The notes: generated by a model from the letters alone, not told the origin. A DNA stretch of 64,000 nucleotides from an uncultured Acidimicrobiia bacterium (GCA_963752075.1 CAVVWO010000005.1:30523-94522); one strand, 5' to 3'. Counted from the stretch's first letter, positions 47,899 through 58,317 are shown. Program-made: numbers and translations.

Positions 47899-49219
47899 AT
47901 GCGAGCGTGCATCGTTGGAGCAGGATCATCGGGAATTGCCGCGGCCAAGGCGTTGGCGGACCGTCGCATCGAGTTCGACTGGTTTGAGATGGCGTCGGGC
48001 ATGGGTGGCAATTGGCGGTTTGAGAATGACAACGGCCGCTCTGCCGCCTACGCATCCCTCCACATCGATACTTCCAAACATCGGATGGCCTTTTCCGACC
48101 TTCCGATGTCGGCAAACTATCCGGTCTACCCACACCACACCCAGGTGCTCGAGTACTTCGAGAACTACGTCTCCGAGTTCGATCTCCGTTCCCGGGTCAC
48201 GCTCTCGACCCAGGTGCTGTCAGTCGTACCCGTGCCGGGCCTCGCGCGAGTCGTGCTGGGAGGTGGTGACCCGCTCCCTGGAGACCGGCGAAGACTCGAC
48301 CCACCGCTACGAGGCGGTCCTCGTGGCGAACGGACACCATTGGGACCCGCGCATCCCGGAGTTTGGCGGGTCGTTCGACGGCGTGATACTTCATTCACAG
48401 GACTATCGCACTCCCGACCTCCTCGACGGCAAGCGAGTCGTCATCCTGGGAGTGGGGAACTCCGGGGCGGACATAGCCTGCGAGGCGGCCGGCGTGGCGG
48501 ACACCGTGCACCTCGCATCCCGACATGGCGCCCATGTGATTCCCCGCTATCTGTTCGGTCGACCCACCGACACCTTCACCTCCGAGAGGGATGTTCGTCT
48601 GCCGTTTCCGGTGTCGCGAGCCGTCTATCAGTTGCTGCTTTGGACGTTTCGCGGTCCACAACGTTGGTACGGGTTTCCGACGCCTGACACTCCGGTCCTA
48701 TCCGAGCATCCGACCCTCTCCCAGGACCTCCTCAGCTTGGCGAAGGCAGGGAAGATCATCCCCAAGGCGAGCATCGAGCGCTTCGATGGTTCTTCGGTCG
48801 TCTTTTCGGACGGGTCATCGGCCGAAGCGGACGTGGTGGTGCTCGCCACCGGGTACCGCATCAGCTTCCCGTTCCTCGAACCGTCGATCATTGACCCGGA
48901 GGACAACGAAATTCGCCTGTATCGGCACGTGGTTCCTCCCGAGTGGCCAGGGCTGTTCTTCGTCGGGCTCGTGCAGCCGCTCGGCGCCATCATGCCGTTG
49001 GCTGAACTCCAGGGAAGGTGGGTGGCGGAATTGCTCACCGGCGGCAAGTTGCCTCCTCCCGAGCAGATGAATCGACGTATCGAGTCGGATATCGCCGCGA
49101 TCCGCGCCCGGTACGTGTCGTCGCCCCGTCACACGATCCAGGTCGACTTCTTTCCGTACAAGCAGACGTTGGAGACCGAAATACTGAGCTCGCGTCGGTT
49201 GGCTGCATTCCCCGGGTGA
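47899..49219 (+). CDS. Flavin-containing monooxygenase (FMO/BVMO-like; apparent frameshift near 48240)
   Basis: FAD motif CIVGAGSSGIAAAKAL, GGNWRF, NADPH motif VVILGVGNSGADIA and VVLATGYRISFPFL. Confidence 0.8.
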
Positions 49220-49273
49220 ACCCCGAACGGACGCCTGCGGTCTCGTCTTGGAACCCGCTGCCCGGGACAGTGA

Positions 49274-49756
49274 TCAGTCGTGGAGTCGGTGCGGTGAGAG
49301 GAGAATGCCATCGAGATCGGCATAGAGCCAGGCACCCGCTGTGAACTCGGCCCCGGCAAACCAGAGCGGCTGGTCAACGATCCCCGCCCCGCGTTTCTCG
49401 GACTTTCGAGGGGAGGTGGCAATCGCGTTGATGCCAATCGGCATCGCGTCGATGACCGCTGAATCGCGGATAGCACCCCAGATGACGAGGCCGTTCCATC
49501 CGTGGTCGATCGCCAGTTGGGCCAGCTGGTCGCCGATCAGAGCGCAACGAGTCGAGCCCCCTCCGTCCACCACCAGAACGGCGCCTTCTCCGGGGGTCTC
49601 GAGCAATCCTCGAACCAGCGTGTTGTCCTCGAAGACCTGGACAGTCCGGATCGGTCCGCAGAACGAGGTTGGCGTGCCGAAACGGCGCAGTCTTTCGGTG
49701 CTCAACGTCGCAACCGTGGGATCGGCGTCGGACAGGTCGGCCGTCGTCCACGTCAC
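49274..49756 (-). CDS. RraA-family protein (RNase E regulator / HMG-aldolase fold)
   Basis: VLVVDGGGSTRCALIGDQLAQLAIDHGWNGLVIWGAIRD. The GTG start overlaps the upstream stop (GTGA). Confidence 0.85.
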   Translation of the reverse strand: MTWTTADLSDADPTVATLSTERLRRFGTPTSFCGPIRTVQVFEDNTLVRGLLETPGEGAVLVVDGGGSTRCALIGDQLAQLAIDHGWNGLVIWGAIRDSAVIDAMPIGINAIATSPRKSEKRGAGIVDQPLWFAGAEFTAGAWLYADLDGILLSPHRLHD

Positions 49757-50610
49757 GATCGGTACCTCTCGACGAACGGGGCGAGGCTTTCGATCTGGGG
49801 GAGGACGACCTCAGGCCCTTCCGGCGGAACGCCGAAAACCACCCGGCTGACCCCGGCTTCGACGTATGCGTCGAGGGTCTCGGGGTCCGGTTTGGCGAAG
49901 AACACACCCAGCGAGAGCGACGTGGGTTCCCTTCCGGCATCCTCGGCGGCTCGCCGCAGGGCCGATGCCTTCACGACGATGTCGGATCTGGAAGCAATCG
50001 GCATCCACCCGTCACAGAACTCGGCAATGTCGGCAAATGTCCGTGGGCCGGCCGAACCGCCCATGATGATTGGCGGATGAGGTCGCTGGACCGGCTTGGG
50101 CCAAGACCACGAGGGCGAGAAATCGACGTGCTCGCCGTGAAACTCGGCTTCATCCTGAGTCCACACTGCCTTGATGGCGAGCATCTTCTCGCGCAGGATG
50201 GCGCGACGTTCGGTGTACCTGACGCCGTGATGGGCCATCTCTTCCTTGTTCCAGCCATACCCGACGCCGAAGATGAATCGACCTCCGGAGATCATGTCGA
50301 GCGACGCTGTTTGCTTGGCCAGCCACAGTGGGTCTCGTTGGGCCACCAGCGATATTCCGGTGGCCACCTTGATGGTCGTGGTGGCGGCAGCCGCTGCCGT
50401 CAGCGCGATCAACTGATCATGAGTGCGCCAATACATCTCAGGGAGTGGTGGTGCGCCCTGGCGGCCGCCCCAAGGAGTGACCCGGCTGGTGGGAATGTGG
50501 CTGTGCTCCGGAAACCAGAGCGATTCGAACCCGGCTGCCTCGGCAGCCTGGGCCAGCTCGGCAGGTTGGATCGCACGGTCGGTCGGAAACATGGCGAGGC
50601 CGATTTCCAT
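49753..50610 (-). CDS. LLM-class (luciferase-like) F420/flavin-dependent oxidoreductase
   Basis: MEIGLAMFPTDRAI...AAEAAGFESLWFPEHSHIP, GRFIFGVGYGWNKEE and PPIIMGGSAGPR. Confidence 0.85.
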   Translation of the reverse strand: MEIGLAMFPTDRAIQPAELAQAAEAAGFESLWFPEHSHIPTSRVTPWGGRQGAPPLPEMYWRTHDQLIALTAAAAATTTIKVATGISLVAQRDPLWLAKQTASLDMISGGRFIFGVGYGWNKEEMAHHGVRYTERRAILREKMLAIKAVWTQDEAEFHGEHVDFSPSWSWPKPVQRPHPPIIMGGSAGPRTFADIAEFCDGWMPIASRSDIVVKASALRRAAEDAGREPTSLSLGVFFAKPDPETLDAYVEAGVSRVVFGVPPEGPEVVLPQIESLAPFVERYRS

Positions 50611-50672
50611 GGTGACTCCTTCGTAGAACCCGGTCGAGCCTACTGGCCTGGTCTGTGAGGTAGCCTTTTGCC

Positions 50673-51542
50673 ATGATCAGCGTGACAAGGACGGCCCTCA
50701 GGGCGGTGGTCGTGATCCTGGTGTTGGCTCTCGGCCTGGCCGGCTGCACATCGACGCCGGCTACCACGACCGCTGCGGCAATCCCCACGACGACCACCAC
50801 CGCCACCTCCACCACGACCACCTCGACGACCGTGGCGCCGGTCACGACGACGTCGACCTCGACCAGTACGACGACGACCACCACGGTACCGCTCACGGTC
50901 GATACCATCGAGGTCGATCTGACCACCCCCTGCGGGGTCGTGGAAGGTTGGTTGGCCTTCGCCAGCATCGCCGCCTGGGACGAGACCTGGGGGCTCACCC
51001 ACCCCTTCTCCCAGACCGGCTCACCCTTCGAAGACGGCGCAGGCGGCTACGGAGCCGTCGATAACCCTGCCTACCAGGACGAGACCGCCATGACGGCCGC
51101 CGTGGTTGGTGTGAATGTCGAGTGTTCGTTTGCCGATTTTGGAACCAGCTTCGGGGAATCGGTCGGTGTTGCCACGGTCATCGGTGAGAGTGTTGCCGGT
51201 CCGGGCGCCCTCGGCGTGGCGGTGCGCACCGATGCCGGCCAGTGGAAAGTCGACTCGTTCGCGAACCATGTCTCCATCGTGTCGCCCGATCCGTTCGGCG
51301 AACCCGAACCAGACGAACGAGTCGTCTTTGTGACACCGTTGGGCACCTTCGACACTCTGGTGGTGGTCGATGGTGTGTCCGTCGAGGCCGTCCTGGTCGA
51401 GAACCCGGTCAACCCCGACGAAGGAATCGGCACCTGGGTCCCCGGCACACCGTTCGCATCGGGCACGCATGTGGTCACCGTGGCCTCCATGCTGGAGAAC
51501 GGCGTCCTTGCTGCCCAAGCGGTGCAGTGGATGGTCCCCTGA
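50673..51542 (+). CDS. Secreted lipoprotein with Thr-rich linker, hypothetical
   Basis: Lipobox LGLAGCTS and a poly-Thr/Ser linker, followed by a globular region. Confidence 0.6.
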   Translation: MISVTRTALRAVVVILVLALGLAGCTSTPATTTAAAIPTTTTTATSTTTTSTTVAPVTTTSTSTSTTTTTTVPLTVDTIEVDLTTPCGVVEGWLAFASIAAWDETWGLTHPFSQTGSPFEDGAGGYGAVDNPAYQDETAMTAAVVGVNVECSFADFGTSFGESVGVATVIGESVAGPGALGVAVRTDAGQWKVDSFANHVSIVSPDPFGEPEPDERVVFVTPLGTFDTLVVVDGVSVEAVLVENPVNPDEGIGTWVPGTPFASGTHVVTVASMLENGVLAAQAVQWMVP

Positions 51543-51696
51543 CCTGGGCGGGGTGCCAGGCGGTTGGACACTTCCCCGTTCGGAGGTGCGGCGGGGAACC
51601 GCCCCCTAGGCTTGCAGTGGATGCTGCACGAGCCCGACGACGCCTCCTCTGACACGCCGATGCCGTCGACCGGCGCCGCCTTCGGTCCGAACCAAG

Positions 51697-52710
51697 GTGA
51701 TCAGGGTTGTTGTGACGTTGGCAGTTCTGGTGGCGGTGTTCCTGGGGGTGCTGCCGCGTTTCGCGGACTATTCGGAAGTCTGGCCGATTCTGTCCGATCT
51801 GGCGATCGGTGAGATCGCTCTCCTGCTCGGCTTGGCGCTGTGGTTCTTGGCCGCATACTGGCTGGTGCTGATGGCGGTGCTTCCCACGCTTCGTTGGAGA
51901 GAGGCAGCCGTCAACCAACTTGCCGGAACCGCCGTCTCGAATACGGTGCCCGCCGGCGGAGCAGTGGCGGTTGGGGTCAACTACTCGATGTACCTGTCGT
52001 GGGGCTTTGCTCCAGAGCAGGTGTGGGCGGGGCTCCTCACGGCAGGCGTGTGGGACAATCTGCTGAAGGCGGCCGTGCCCGTCACAGCGGTGAGTCTTGT
52101 CGCACTCAGCGCCGGGGAGACGAGCGTCAGTTGGACGGTGCCGCTGATCGGCGCGGCGTTTCTGGTGACCATGCTCGCCGGCGTGATTTCGGTGTTGCGA
52201 TCCGAATCGGGAGCAGGCTTGATCGGCCGTGGCTTGGGCCGGGTGGTCAATCCTCCGCTTCGCCTTCTCGGTCGATCCCCGGTCGACTTCCAGGGGAGGC
52301 TCCAGGTGTTCAGGCGAACCCTGGTTGAACTCCTCCGACGACGCTGGGGGCGATTGACCTTCGCCATGTTTGGCAATCACCTGGCGATGTTCGCCGTGTT
52401 CGTCGCCTCGCTCCGGGTGGTGGGGGTCGACGACCTCGGACTGCCGACGATGCTGATGGCCTTCTCGCTGGCTCGGTTGCTCAGCGGTGTGCCGATCACA
52501 CCTGGTGGCCTCGGAGTGGTCGACGCCGGCTACGTAGCGCTATTGTCGCTCAGTTCGTCGGCAGACTCCGACGCGGTGATCGTGGCGGGAGTGCTCTTGT
52601 TTCGGGCTCTCACCTTCTTCCCGCCCATCCCCCTCGGTCTCGCCTCATGGCTCTTCTGGAGGGCCAATCGATCGTGGAGAAGGCCCGTCGGGTCGCGGGT
52701 CGGTCGTTAG
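51697..52710 (+). CDS. Lysylphosphatidylglycerol-synthase-TM-region-like (UPF0104, flippase-like) membrane protein
   Basis: Eight-TM profile, RFADYSEVWPIL, LARLLSGVPITPGGLGVVDAG and LLFRALTFFPPIPLG. Confidence 0.7.
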   Translation: MIRVVVTLAVLVAVFLGVLPRFADYSEVWPILSDLAIGEIALLLGLALWFLAAYWLVLMAVLPTLRWREAAVNQLAGTAVSNTVPAGGAVAVGVNYSMYLSWGFAPEQVWAGLLTAGVWDNLLKAAVPVTAVSLVALSAGETSVSWTVPLIGAAFLVTMLAGVISVLRSESGAGLIGRGLGRVVNPPLRLLGRSPVDFQGRLQVFRRTLVELLRRRWGRLTFAMFGNHLAMFAVFVASLRVVGVDDLGLPTMLMAFSLARLLSGVPITPGGLGVVDAGYVALLSLSSSADSDAVIVAGVLLFRALTFFPPIPLGLASWLFWRANRSWRRPVGSRVGR

Positions 52711-52714
52711 TGCA

Positions 52715-53413
52715 ATGAGGTCATTACCATCACGTCTCGTGCGTCACACCTCCGAAAACCATCCGGCCCGGTCCGACTGCGAGCGCGTGCTGCCCTTGGT
52801 CGGCCAGCCGGTCAACACCCTCACGAGCTTGGGCATTGCCGCAATGGGGATCCGCCTGGCCAAGCGTTCCAAAGCCGACCCGCAAGCCCATCCCGGTGCC
52901 AAATGGGCCGGATGGGCTCTCGTGGCGGCAGGGTTCGGTTCAGCGTTGTACCACGGTCCCGGAGGTCGGCTGGCTCCGTGGCTGCACGATGTCACCCTTC
53001 TCGCTCCGCCCATTGTGCTGGCGCTGGCGTCGGAAGCCGATCGACGATCCATGGCTGACATTGCTCCGGTGCAAGCGATCAGCGTGGCGATGGGGAGCGC
53101 CGGATTGCTTCGGGCGGTCGCACCAAATTCCCAGGACTCTCTGTCCGCGGCAACGGGTGCTGCCCTCATGGGAGCTACGTGGCAGAGGATTCGGTCCGAG
53201 CACGTCGAACACGATCTCGAGGCTTTGACCGCAGCCGCCGCGACCGGCCTCGCCGGCATTGCGGTATTTGCTTTGAGTAGGACCGATGGCCCCCTCTGCC
53301 GGCCCAACAGCGTGCTCCAAGGTCACGGCCTATGGCATCTCCTGGCGGCCGGTGCCACGGTGATCGCCGCCCGGGGGATGGGCCTCGATCAGCGCAGCGA
53401 AGCTCTCACATAG
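52715..53413 (+). CDS. Polytopic membrane protein with ceramidase-like His motifs (tentative)
   Basis: GSALYHGPGG, WLHDVT and QGHGLWHLLAAG across about 7 hydrophobic segments. Confidence 0.45.
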   Translation: MRSLPSRLVRHTSENHPARSDCERVLPLVGQPVNTLTSLGIAAMGIRLAKRSKADPQAHPGAKWAGWALVAAGFGSALYHGPGGRLAPWLHDVTLLAPPIVLALASEADRRSMADIAPVQAISVAMGSAGLLRAVAPNSQDSLSAATGAALMGATWQRIRSEHVEHDLEALTAAAATGLAGIAVFALSRTDGPLCRPNSVLQGHGLWHLLAAGATVIAARGMGLDQRSEALT

Positions 53414-54753
53414 TCGACCGCCTCGGCCCTGGTCACCAGCACCTTTGAGACCATGTCCGCCCGACTCCAGGACTTCCACCACCCGAGGCCTGCGTCGAGA
53501 GCGTCGATCGCGCTGTGAGCACCGATCACGATGAGGATCGAACCGAACGCAAGGGCCAGGCCCTGGACGACCACCTGCCACCCGACGAGCTGGGAGGACC
53601 ACAGGGTGAACGCCCATGCGGCAGGAAAGGCCACGAGCGCAACGAGCACTCGAGCGGTGCCCTTTGTGACAGGTTCCCTGACGGCCGTGCCGACCAGGAG
53701 GGTCAACAGGATCGGAATGATATTGGTCACGAAACTGAAATACGCAAGGGGTGTGACGACCACGAGCGTCAGCATCGTGACCGTCATTTTGCGGAGAAGA
53801 TCCCGCAGCCTCACCTTCGGAACCAGGTGATCGTCCCGAACGCCGAGGTTGACCAGATCCAGGTGGTACCGCCCCATTCGATCCACGATCGCTTCCTCCA
53901 CGTCCGGAGGCAGAGCGGCGATCCGGTCGGCGAGATCCACGAGGGCCGACATGGCGGGGTTCTTGTACGGTCGTGTGATCGCCGCGCTGAGGACCACGTC
54001 GGCGGTCCGCAGCAGACGGGCTTTGCGTTGGAGGCTGCCATAGGTGGCAGACAGGGAAGTCAACCGCTCCGAGAGGAGCTCCGTGAACGACCGGATCGTC
54101 TCCGGATGGTTGGGATCCATCTGGGCCGGGAGGAGCGCTTGAGCGGAGGCAAGTGGGTCTGATTCCAGCCCGGGATCCACGAGCATCAACGCTGGGGAGA
54201 GTTCGGTTATCTCGATGGGCCGGCCGATTTCGACGAGGCCCCGTGAGCGGGTGGCGGCCTTGTCCATGTACGTGATGCCGACGGGGATGATCTCGAGATC
54301 GGCGACGGCGTGACTGGGTGCTCCGAGGGCCATCCGCGCCGCTCCGGTCCTGAGCGGTTGGAGCCGTTCTTCCTCCGGCACGGTGCCTTCGGGGAAGATG
54401 GCGACGGTCCTGCCTTTCGACCAGGCGGCGTAGACCTTGTCGAAGGAACCCTTGTTGTTGTCGGCGTCTGCGCCATCAAAGGGGCGATACACGGGGATGG
54501 CGCCTACGGCCTTGAGCAAGAGCCGGGTGGGAATCCTGTCGAACAAGGTGGACTTGGCGATGAACAAGGGATACTCGCCCAGGGCGACGATGAGCAAGAG
54601 CACGTCGACCAAGCCGTTGAAATGGTTCGAGATGACCAAGCGGGGACCGTTCCGCCGAGGGGGACGGCCCTGGACCTCCAGGCTTTGGAAGAGGCCGGCC
54701 ACCACCAGCCGGGCGATGGCCCAGAGGAGGCGAGCACGAAGCCGGTAGAACAT
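53389..54753 (-). CDS. Lysophospholipid/glycerol-phosphate acyltransferase (PlsC-like) with C-terminal membrane domain
   Basis: VISNHFNGLVDVLLL, FIAKSTLF, AIFPEGT and IIPVGITY, followed by TM helices. Confidence 0.8.
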   Translation of the reverse strand: MFYRLRARLLWAIARLVVAGLFQSLEVQGRPPRRNGPRLVISNHFNGLVDVLLLIVALGEYPLFIAKSTLFDRIPTRLLLKAVGAIPVYRPFDGADADNNKGSFDKVYAAWSKGRTVAIFPEGTVPEEERLQPLRTGAARMALGAPSHAVADLEIIPVGITYMDKAATRSRGLVEIGRPIEITELSPALMLVDPGLESDPLASAQALLPAQMDPNHPETIRSFTELLSERLTSLSATYGSLQRKARLLRTADVVLSAAITRPYKNPAMSALVDLADRIAALPPDVEEAIVDRMGRYHLDLVNLGVRDDHLVPKVRLRDLLRKMTVTMLTLVVVTPLAYFSFVTNIIPILLTLLVGTAVREPVTKGTARVLVALVAFPAAWAFTLWSSQLVGWQVVVQGLALAFGSILIVIGAHSAIDALDAGLGWWKSWSRADMVSKVLVTRAEAVDYVRASLR

Positions 54754-54800
54754 GGTTCTACCCTACGTGGGTTGTGACCCCGGGATGTACTCCGGGTGCA

Positions 54801-54852
54801 TGTGCCCGGTCAATGTGCCCGGTCAGTGTGCCCGGTCAGTGTGCCCGGTGAC
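54801..54852. repeat. 13-bp tandem repeat x4 (TGTGCCCGGTCAR)
   Basis: tgtgcccggtcaa tgtgcccggtcag tgtgcccggtcag tgtgcccggtgac, in the divergent intergenic region between 54753 and 54910. Confidence 0.85.
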
Positions 54853-54909
54853 GCTGCTTCGGCTGCGGCCATCGAAGGTAGCATTGAGGGTGACCGCCGG
54901 AGGTGACCC

Positions 54910-55119
54910 GTGTCTGAGTTCCAGTTAGCTGCCTTGCTCCCGGTCATCATCGTTGCCGTCGGCCTCGTGGGCTACGCATTGTGGGACATCAGTCGCAGCG
55001 AGGTCCGCTACCTTCCCCGGTGGGGGTGGGTGGCCGTTTGTCTTCTCTCGGTCCCGCTGGGAGCCATCGTGTATCTCCTGGTCGGCAGAGACCGTCTTGC
55101 CCATCCGATGTCTCAGTGA
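54910..55119 (+). CDS. PLDc_N-type small membrane protein
   Basis: Two TM helices with the WDISRSEVRYLPRWGWV...VPLGAIVYLLVGR pattern. Confidence 0.75.
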   Translation: MSEFQLAALLPVIIVAVGLVGYALWDISRSEVRYLPRWGWVAVCLLSVPLGAIVYLLVGRDRLAHPMSQ

Positions 55120-55994
55120 TCCATACCGAACGACTCACCAAGCAGTACGGTGAGACCAAGGCTCTCGACGCCGTCGACTTGGACGTTTCCGACGGAGCGG
55201 TCTACGGGTTGGTGGGGCCCAACGGTGCAGGCAAGACCACCCTTCTGGCCATCATCGCCGGCCTTCGGAAAGCTACGAGCGGCTCGGTCTCCCTGGCTGT
55301 CGACCGCTCTGAACTGGCCGTACTCCCTGACACCCCCCGATTCGATTCGTGGCTGACCGCTCGAGAAATCGTCGACCTGGCGCGCAACGTCGGAAGGAAG
55401 CCGGCCCGCCCGGAGCGGGTTGACGAGGTCCTGGTCGAAGCCGGTCTCATCGACGTGGCAGACCGACCCTCTGGCGGGTTCTCGCGCGGCATGCTGCAGC
55501 GACTTGGCATCGCATCAACGATGGTCAATCACCCGCGTCTCCTCCTGCTGGACGAACCGAGCTCGGCGCTCGATCCGGTCGGTCGTCGCGAGGTTCTCGA
55601 TCTGGTCACCCGTCTGCGTGGCGAGGCCACCGTGATGTTCTCGAGTCATATCCTGTCCGACGTCCAGGAGGTGTGCGACACGGTTGGCGTGCTCCGCCAA
55701 GGACGCCTCGCGTATCAAGGGTCGGTGCAGAAGTTGCTCGACGAACGCACGACACCGCGATATCTCATCCGTCTGCGCCCGCCCTTGCGGCCAGTCGTGG
55801 CCGCGCTCGAGAACACAGACTGGGTGCGAAAGGTCACGGTGATGGCGACCGATCAGCTCAGGGTGGATGTCGACGCGATCTCGGCTGCCGAGCGGTCACT
55901 CGTAGGCGTTCTGGCCGCCGCCGCCGCCCAGGTCGTCTCGCTCGGTCCGGAGGCGGCAACGCTCGAGGACGTGGTGTTGGAGATCGTCTCATGA
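55116..55994 (+). CDS. ABC transporter ATP-binding protein (ABC-2 type)
   Basis: Walker A GPNGAGKTT, signature FSRGMLQRL and Walker B LLLLDEPSSALD. The GTG start overlaps the upstream stop. Confidence 0.88.
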   Translation: MIHTERLTKQYGETKALDAVDLDVSDGAVYGLVGPNGAGKTTLLAIIAGLRKATSGSVSLAVDRSELAVLPDTPRFDSWLTAREIVDLARNVGRKPARPERVDEVLVEAGLIDVADRPSGGFSRGMLQRLGIASTMVNHPRLLLLDEPSSALDPVGRREVLDLVTRLRGEATVMFSSHILSDVQEVCDTVGVLRQGRLAYQGSVQKLLDERTTPRYLIRLRPPLRPVVAALENTDWVRKVTVMATDQLRVDVDAISAAERSLVGVLAAAAAQVVSLGPEAATLEDVVLEIVS

Positions 55995-56737
55995 CTCTTT
56001 GGCGACTCGAGTGGCTGAGGCTGGTGCGCACGAGGCGGTGGATGGCGCTCGGGGCCGTCTATGTGCTCTTTGGCCTTCTCGGGCCGTTTACTGCCCGGTA
56101 CCTGGGAGAGATCTTGGCTCGTTTTGGCGGCGGCATCGACGTGGTCCTACCCAACCCGACTCCGGCGGATGGGTTGACCCAGTTCGTGGGCAATGCTGCG
56201 CAGCTCGGCTTGCTGGTGGTCATCGTCGTGGCCGCCGGGGCGTTGTGCATCGATGCGACGCCTGAGATCGGTGCCTTCTTTCGCACCCGGGTCTCCAATT
56301 TCGGGAAGATTGTGGCGCCCCGGTTCCTGGTTACCGTTGGAGCGGTTCTGGCTGCGTTCGCAGCGGGCACACTGGCTGCCTGGTACGAGACCGAGGTGCT
56401 CCTCGGGAGTCTCCCGCTCGGCCCTCTCATGGGTGGTTGGGCTCTGGGGGCGCTCTATCTCGTGTTTGCGGTGGCGGTCGTTGCCGCTGTGGCTGCGCGG
56501 GCGCGGTCTGTTCTGGCCACGGTGCTCATCACGGTGATCATTCTCCTGGGCTTGCCGATTCTCGGCGTGATTCCTGAGCTGGGGGAGTGGCTGCCGAGTC
56601 ACCTCGTCGGGGCCTTGGACGGAGTGGTGCGCGACCAGACATTCGCTTCCTATCTCCCTGCGGCCGGTGTGACTCTGGGGGCGACGGCCGGGGCGCTGTG
56701 GGCTTCGGTAGCGTGGGGTTCCAGCCGGGAGATCTGA
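55991..56737 (+). CDS. ABC-2-type transporter permease
   Basis: Six hydrophobic helices. The ATG overlaps the ATPase stop (ATGA). Confidence 0.7.
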   Translation: MTLWRLEWLRLVRTRRWMALGAVYVLFGLLGPFTARYLGEILARFGGGIDVVLPNPTPADGLTQFVGNAAQLGLLVVIVVAAGALCIDATPEIGAFFRTRVSNFGKIVAPRFLVTVGAVLAAFAAGTLAAWYETEVLLGSLPLGPLMGGWALGALYLVFAVAVVAAVAARARSVLATVLITVIILLGLPILGVIPELGEWLPSHLVGALDGVVRDQTFASYLPAAGVTLGATAGALWASVAWGSSREI

Positions 56738-57063
56738 ACACTTCTCAGCGCACGCCACGGACGAACGATGTCCGTCTGGAATGCAGCCATCATCGTGGGG
56801 TTTCGAGCGATCGACTGCTGGTTGGAGGTACGTTGGAAGGCGCCCCATCGCTCCTTCTCACGACCTCCGGCTCCAATTCGGACTGGCCGGCAGGTTCCCT
56901 AGATTTGCCGAATCCGCGGCCGGCCCCGATCGGCCCATCCTCGTCGTGGGCTCCCCCGCACCGGAGTTCCGCTCGGACGTTTGTCAGGCTGCCGGATGCT
57001 GCGCCACGATGTTCGGGTCCCCTCTACCTCCTGGTTCTAGAATCCGCCCCGGAGGTGATCGCC

Positions 57064-58179
57064 ATGGTCGCGATCTCGCTCCGTGACGTGAGGAAGGTCT
57101 TCCCCGACGGCACGGAGGTTCTCGAGCACTTTGAGCTGGACATCGGAGACGGAGAGCTCATGGTGTTGGTTGGCCCGTCGGGTTCCGGCAAGACAACCGT
57201 GCTCCGGCTCATCGCCGGCCTCGAAACGCCGACCGCCGGTTCCGTCCTGTTCGACGACCGACCTGTTCATCGCCTCAACCCGGCTCAGAGAAACGTATCG
57301 ATGGTCTTCCAAGATGGGGCGCTCATCGGGCATCTGTCTGCCCGAGCCAACATTGCCTTCCCCCTACGAATCAGGCATGTCGCGCCTCTCGAGACCGACC
57401 GGCGGGTCGAGGCCGAAGCCACCCATGTGGGTATCCGAAGTCTGCTGTCCGCCATGCCCGGCGAGCTTTCGGCCGGCCACCGGCACGCCGTGGCGACTGC
57501 CCGGGCCATCATCCGCGAGAGCGATGCGTTCCTGCTCGACGAGCCGCTCGCCGCACTGGATGCTCGCGCACGACAACGTGTGCGAGCCGAGGTGGTGCGC
57601 CTCCACCGGGAGCTTGGGTCGACCATGGTCTATGTGACAAACGACACGGCCGAGGCCATGGCGATCGGCGATCGCATCGCAGTGCTCGGGGAGTCAGGCC
57701 AGCTCCTGCAAGTCGACACCCCCACCCGGCTGTTCTCCGAACCGGTGAACACCTTCGTGGCGAGCTTCATTGGTCCGATCAATCTGATCACCACGCTCCT
57801 CGAACACGACGGAGGCTTCTACTGGATTCAACTCGGGCATGATCGAACACGTCTGAGCGAGGCTGCGCAGGCTCCTCCTTCCCTCGCTCGCTTCCAAGGG
57901 AAAGAGATCATCGTGGGCATTCGTCCCCACCACCTCAGCGTGTCCCAACCGGGAGCGCCCTTCGACCAATGTGTTCACGGAGTCGTCGCGGCCGTCTCCG
58001 ATCTCGGAGCCGACCTCGAAATCGAAGTCGGGCTGGGGCCGGTCACGCTGGCGGCTCGAACGAGGCGTGACCGTCCTCTCTATCCCGGCGATCCGGTTGA
58101 GTTGCGCGTCCACCCAGACCGTCTGCTGTTCTTCGATCCCGTCGACGAGCACCTCATTTGTGGCGGTCAAAGCGTCTGA
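57064..58179 (+). CDS. Sugar ABC transporter ATP-binding protein (MalK/MsiK/UgpC type)
   Basis: GPSGSGKTT, LSAGHRHAVATARAI, FLLDEPLAALD and a C-terminal regulatory beta-domain. An RBS GGAGGTG lies upstream. Confidence 0.85.
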   Translation: MVAISLRDVRKVFPDGTEVLEHFELDIGDGELMVLVGPSGSGKTTVLRLIAGLETPTAGSVLFDDRPVHRLNPAQRNVSMVFQDGALIGHLSARANIAFPLRIRHVAPLETDRRVEAEATHVGIRSLLSAMPGELSAGHRHAVATARAIIRESDAFLLDEPLAALDARARQRVRAEVVRLHRELGSTMVYVTNDTAEAMAIGDRIAVLGESGQLLQVDTPTRLFSEPVNTFVASFIGPINLITTLLEHDGGFYWIQLGHDRTRLSEAAQAPPSLARFQGKEIIVGIRPHHLSVSQPGAPFDQCVHGVVAAVSDLGADLEIEVGLGPVTLAARTRRDRPLYPGDPVELRVHPDRLLFFDPVDEHLICGGQSV

Positions 58180-58317
58180 GAAATGACCATCGCCCGTTTC
58201 CGCTGACCTGGTCTCTCACGTAGACTTGCGAGGTTATTCATCGGTGTCGCGCCACGACCGAGGCTCCAAGCCAGAGAGTGGCCGTTGCCGGTGCCCGAGA
58301 AATGAAAGAAGGAACGA

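Noticed and set aside
54801-54852. Possible CRISPR or minisatellite
   Set aside because: The 13-bp units are contiguous with no spacers, which is too short for CRISPR.
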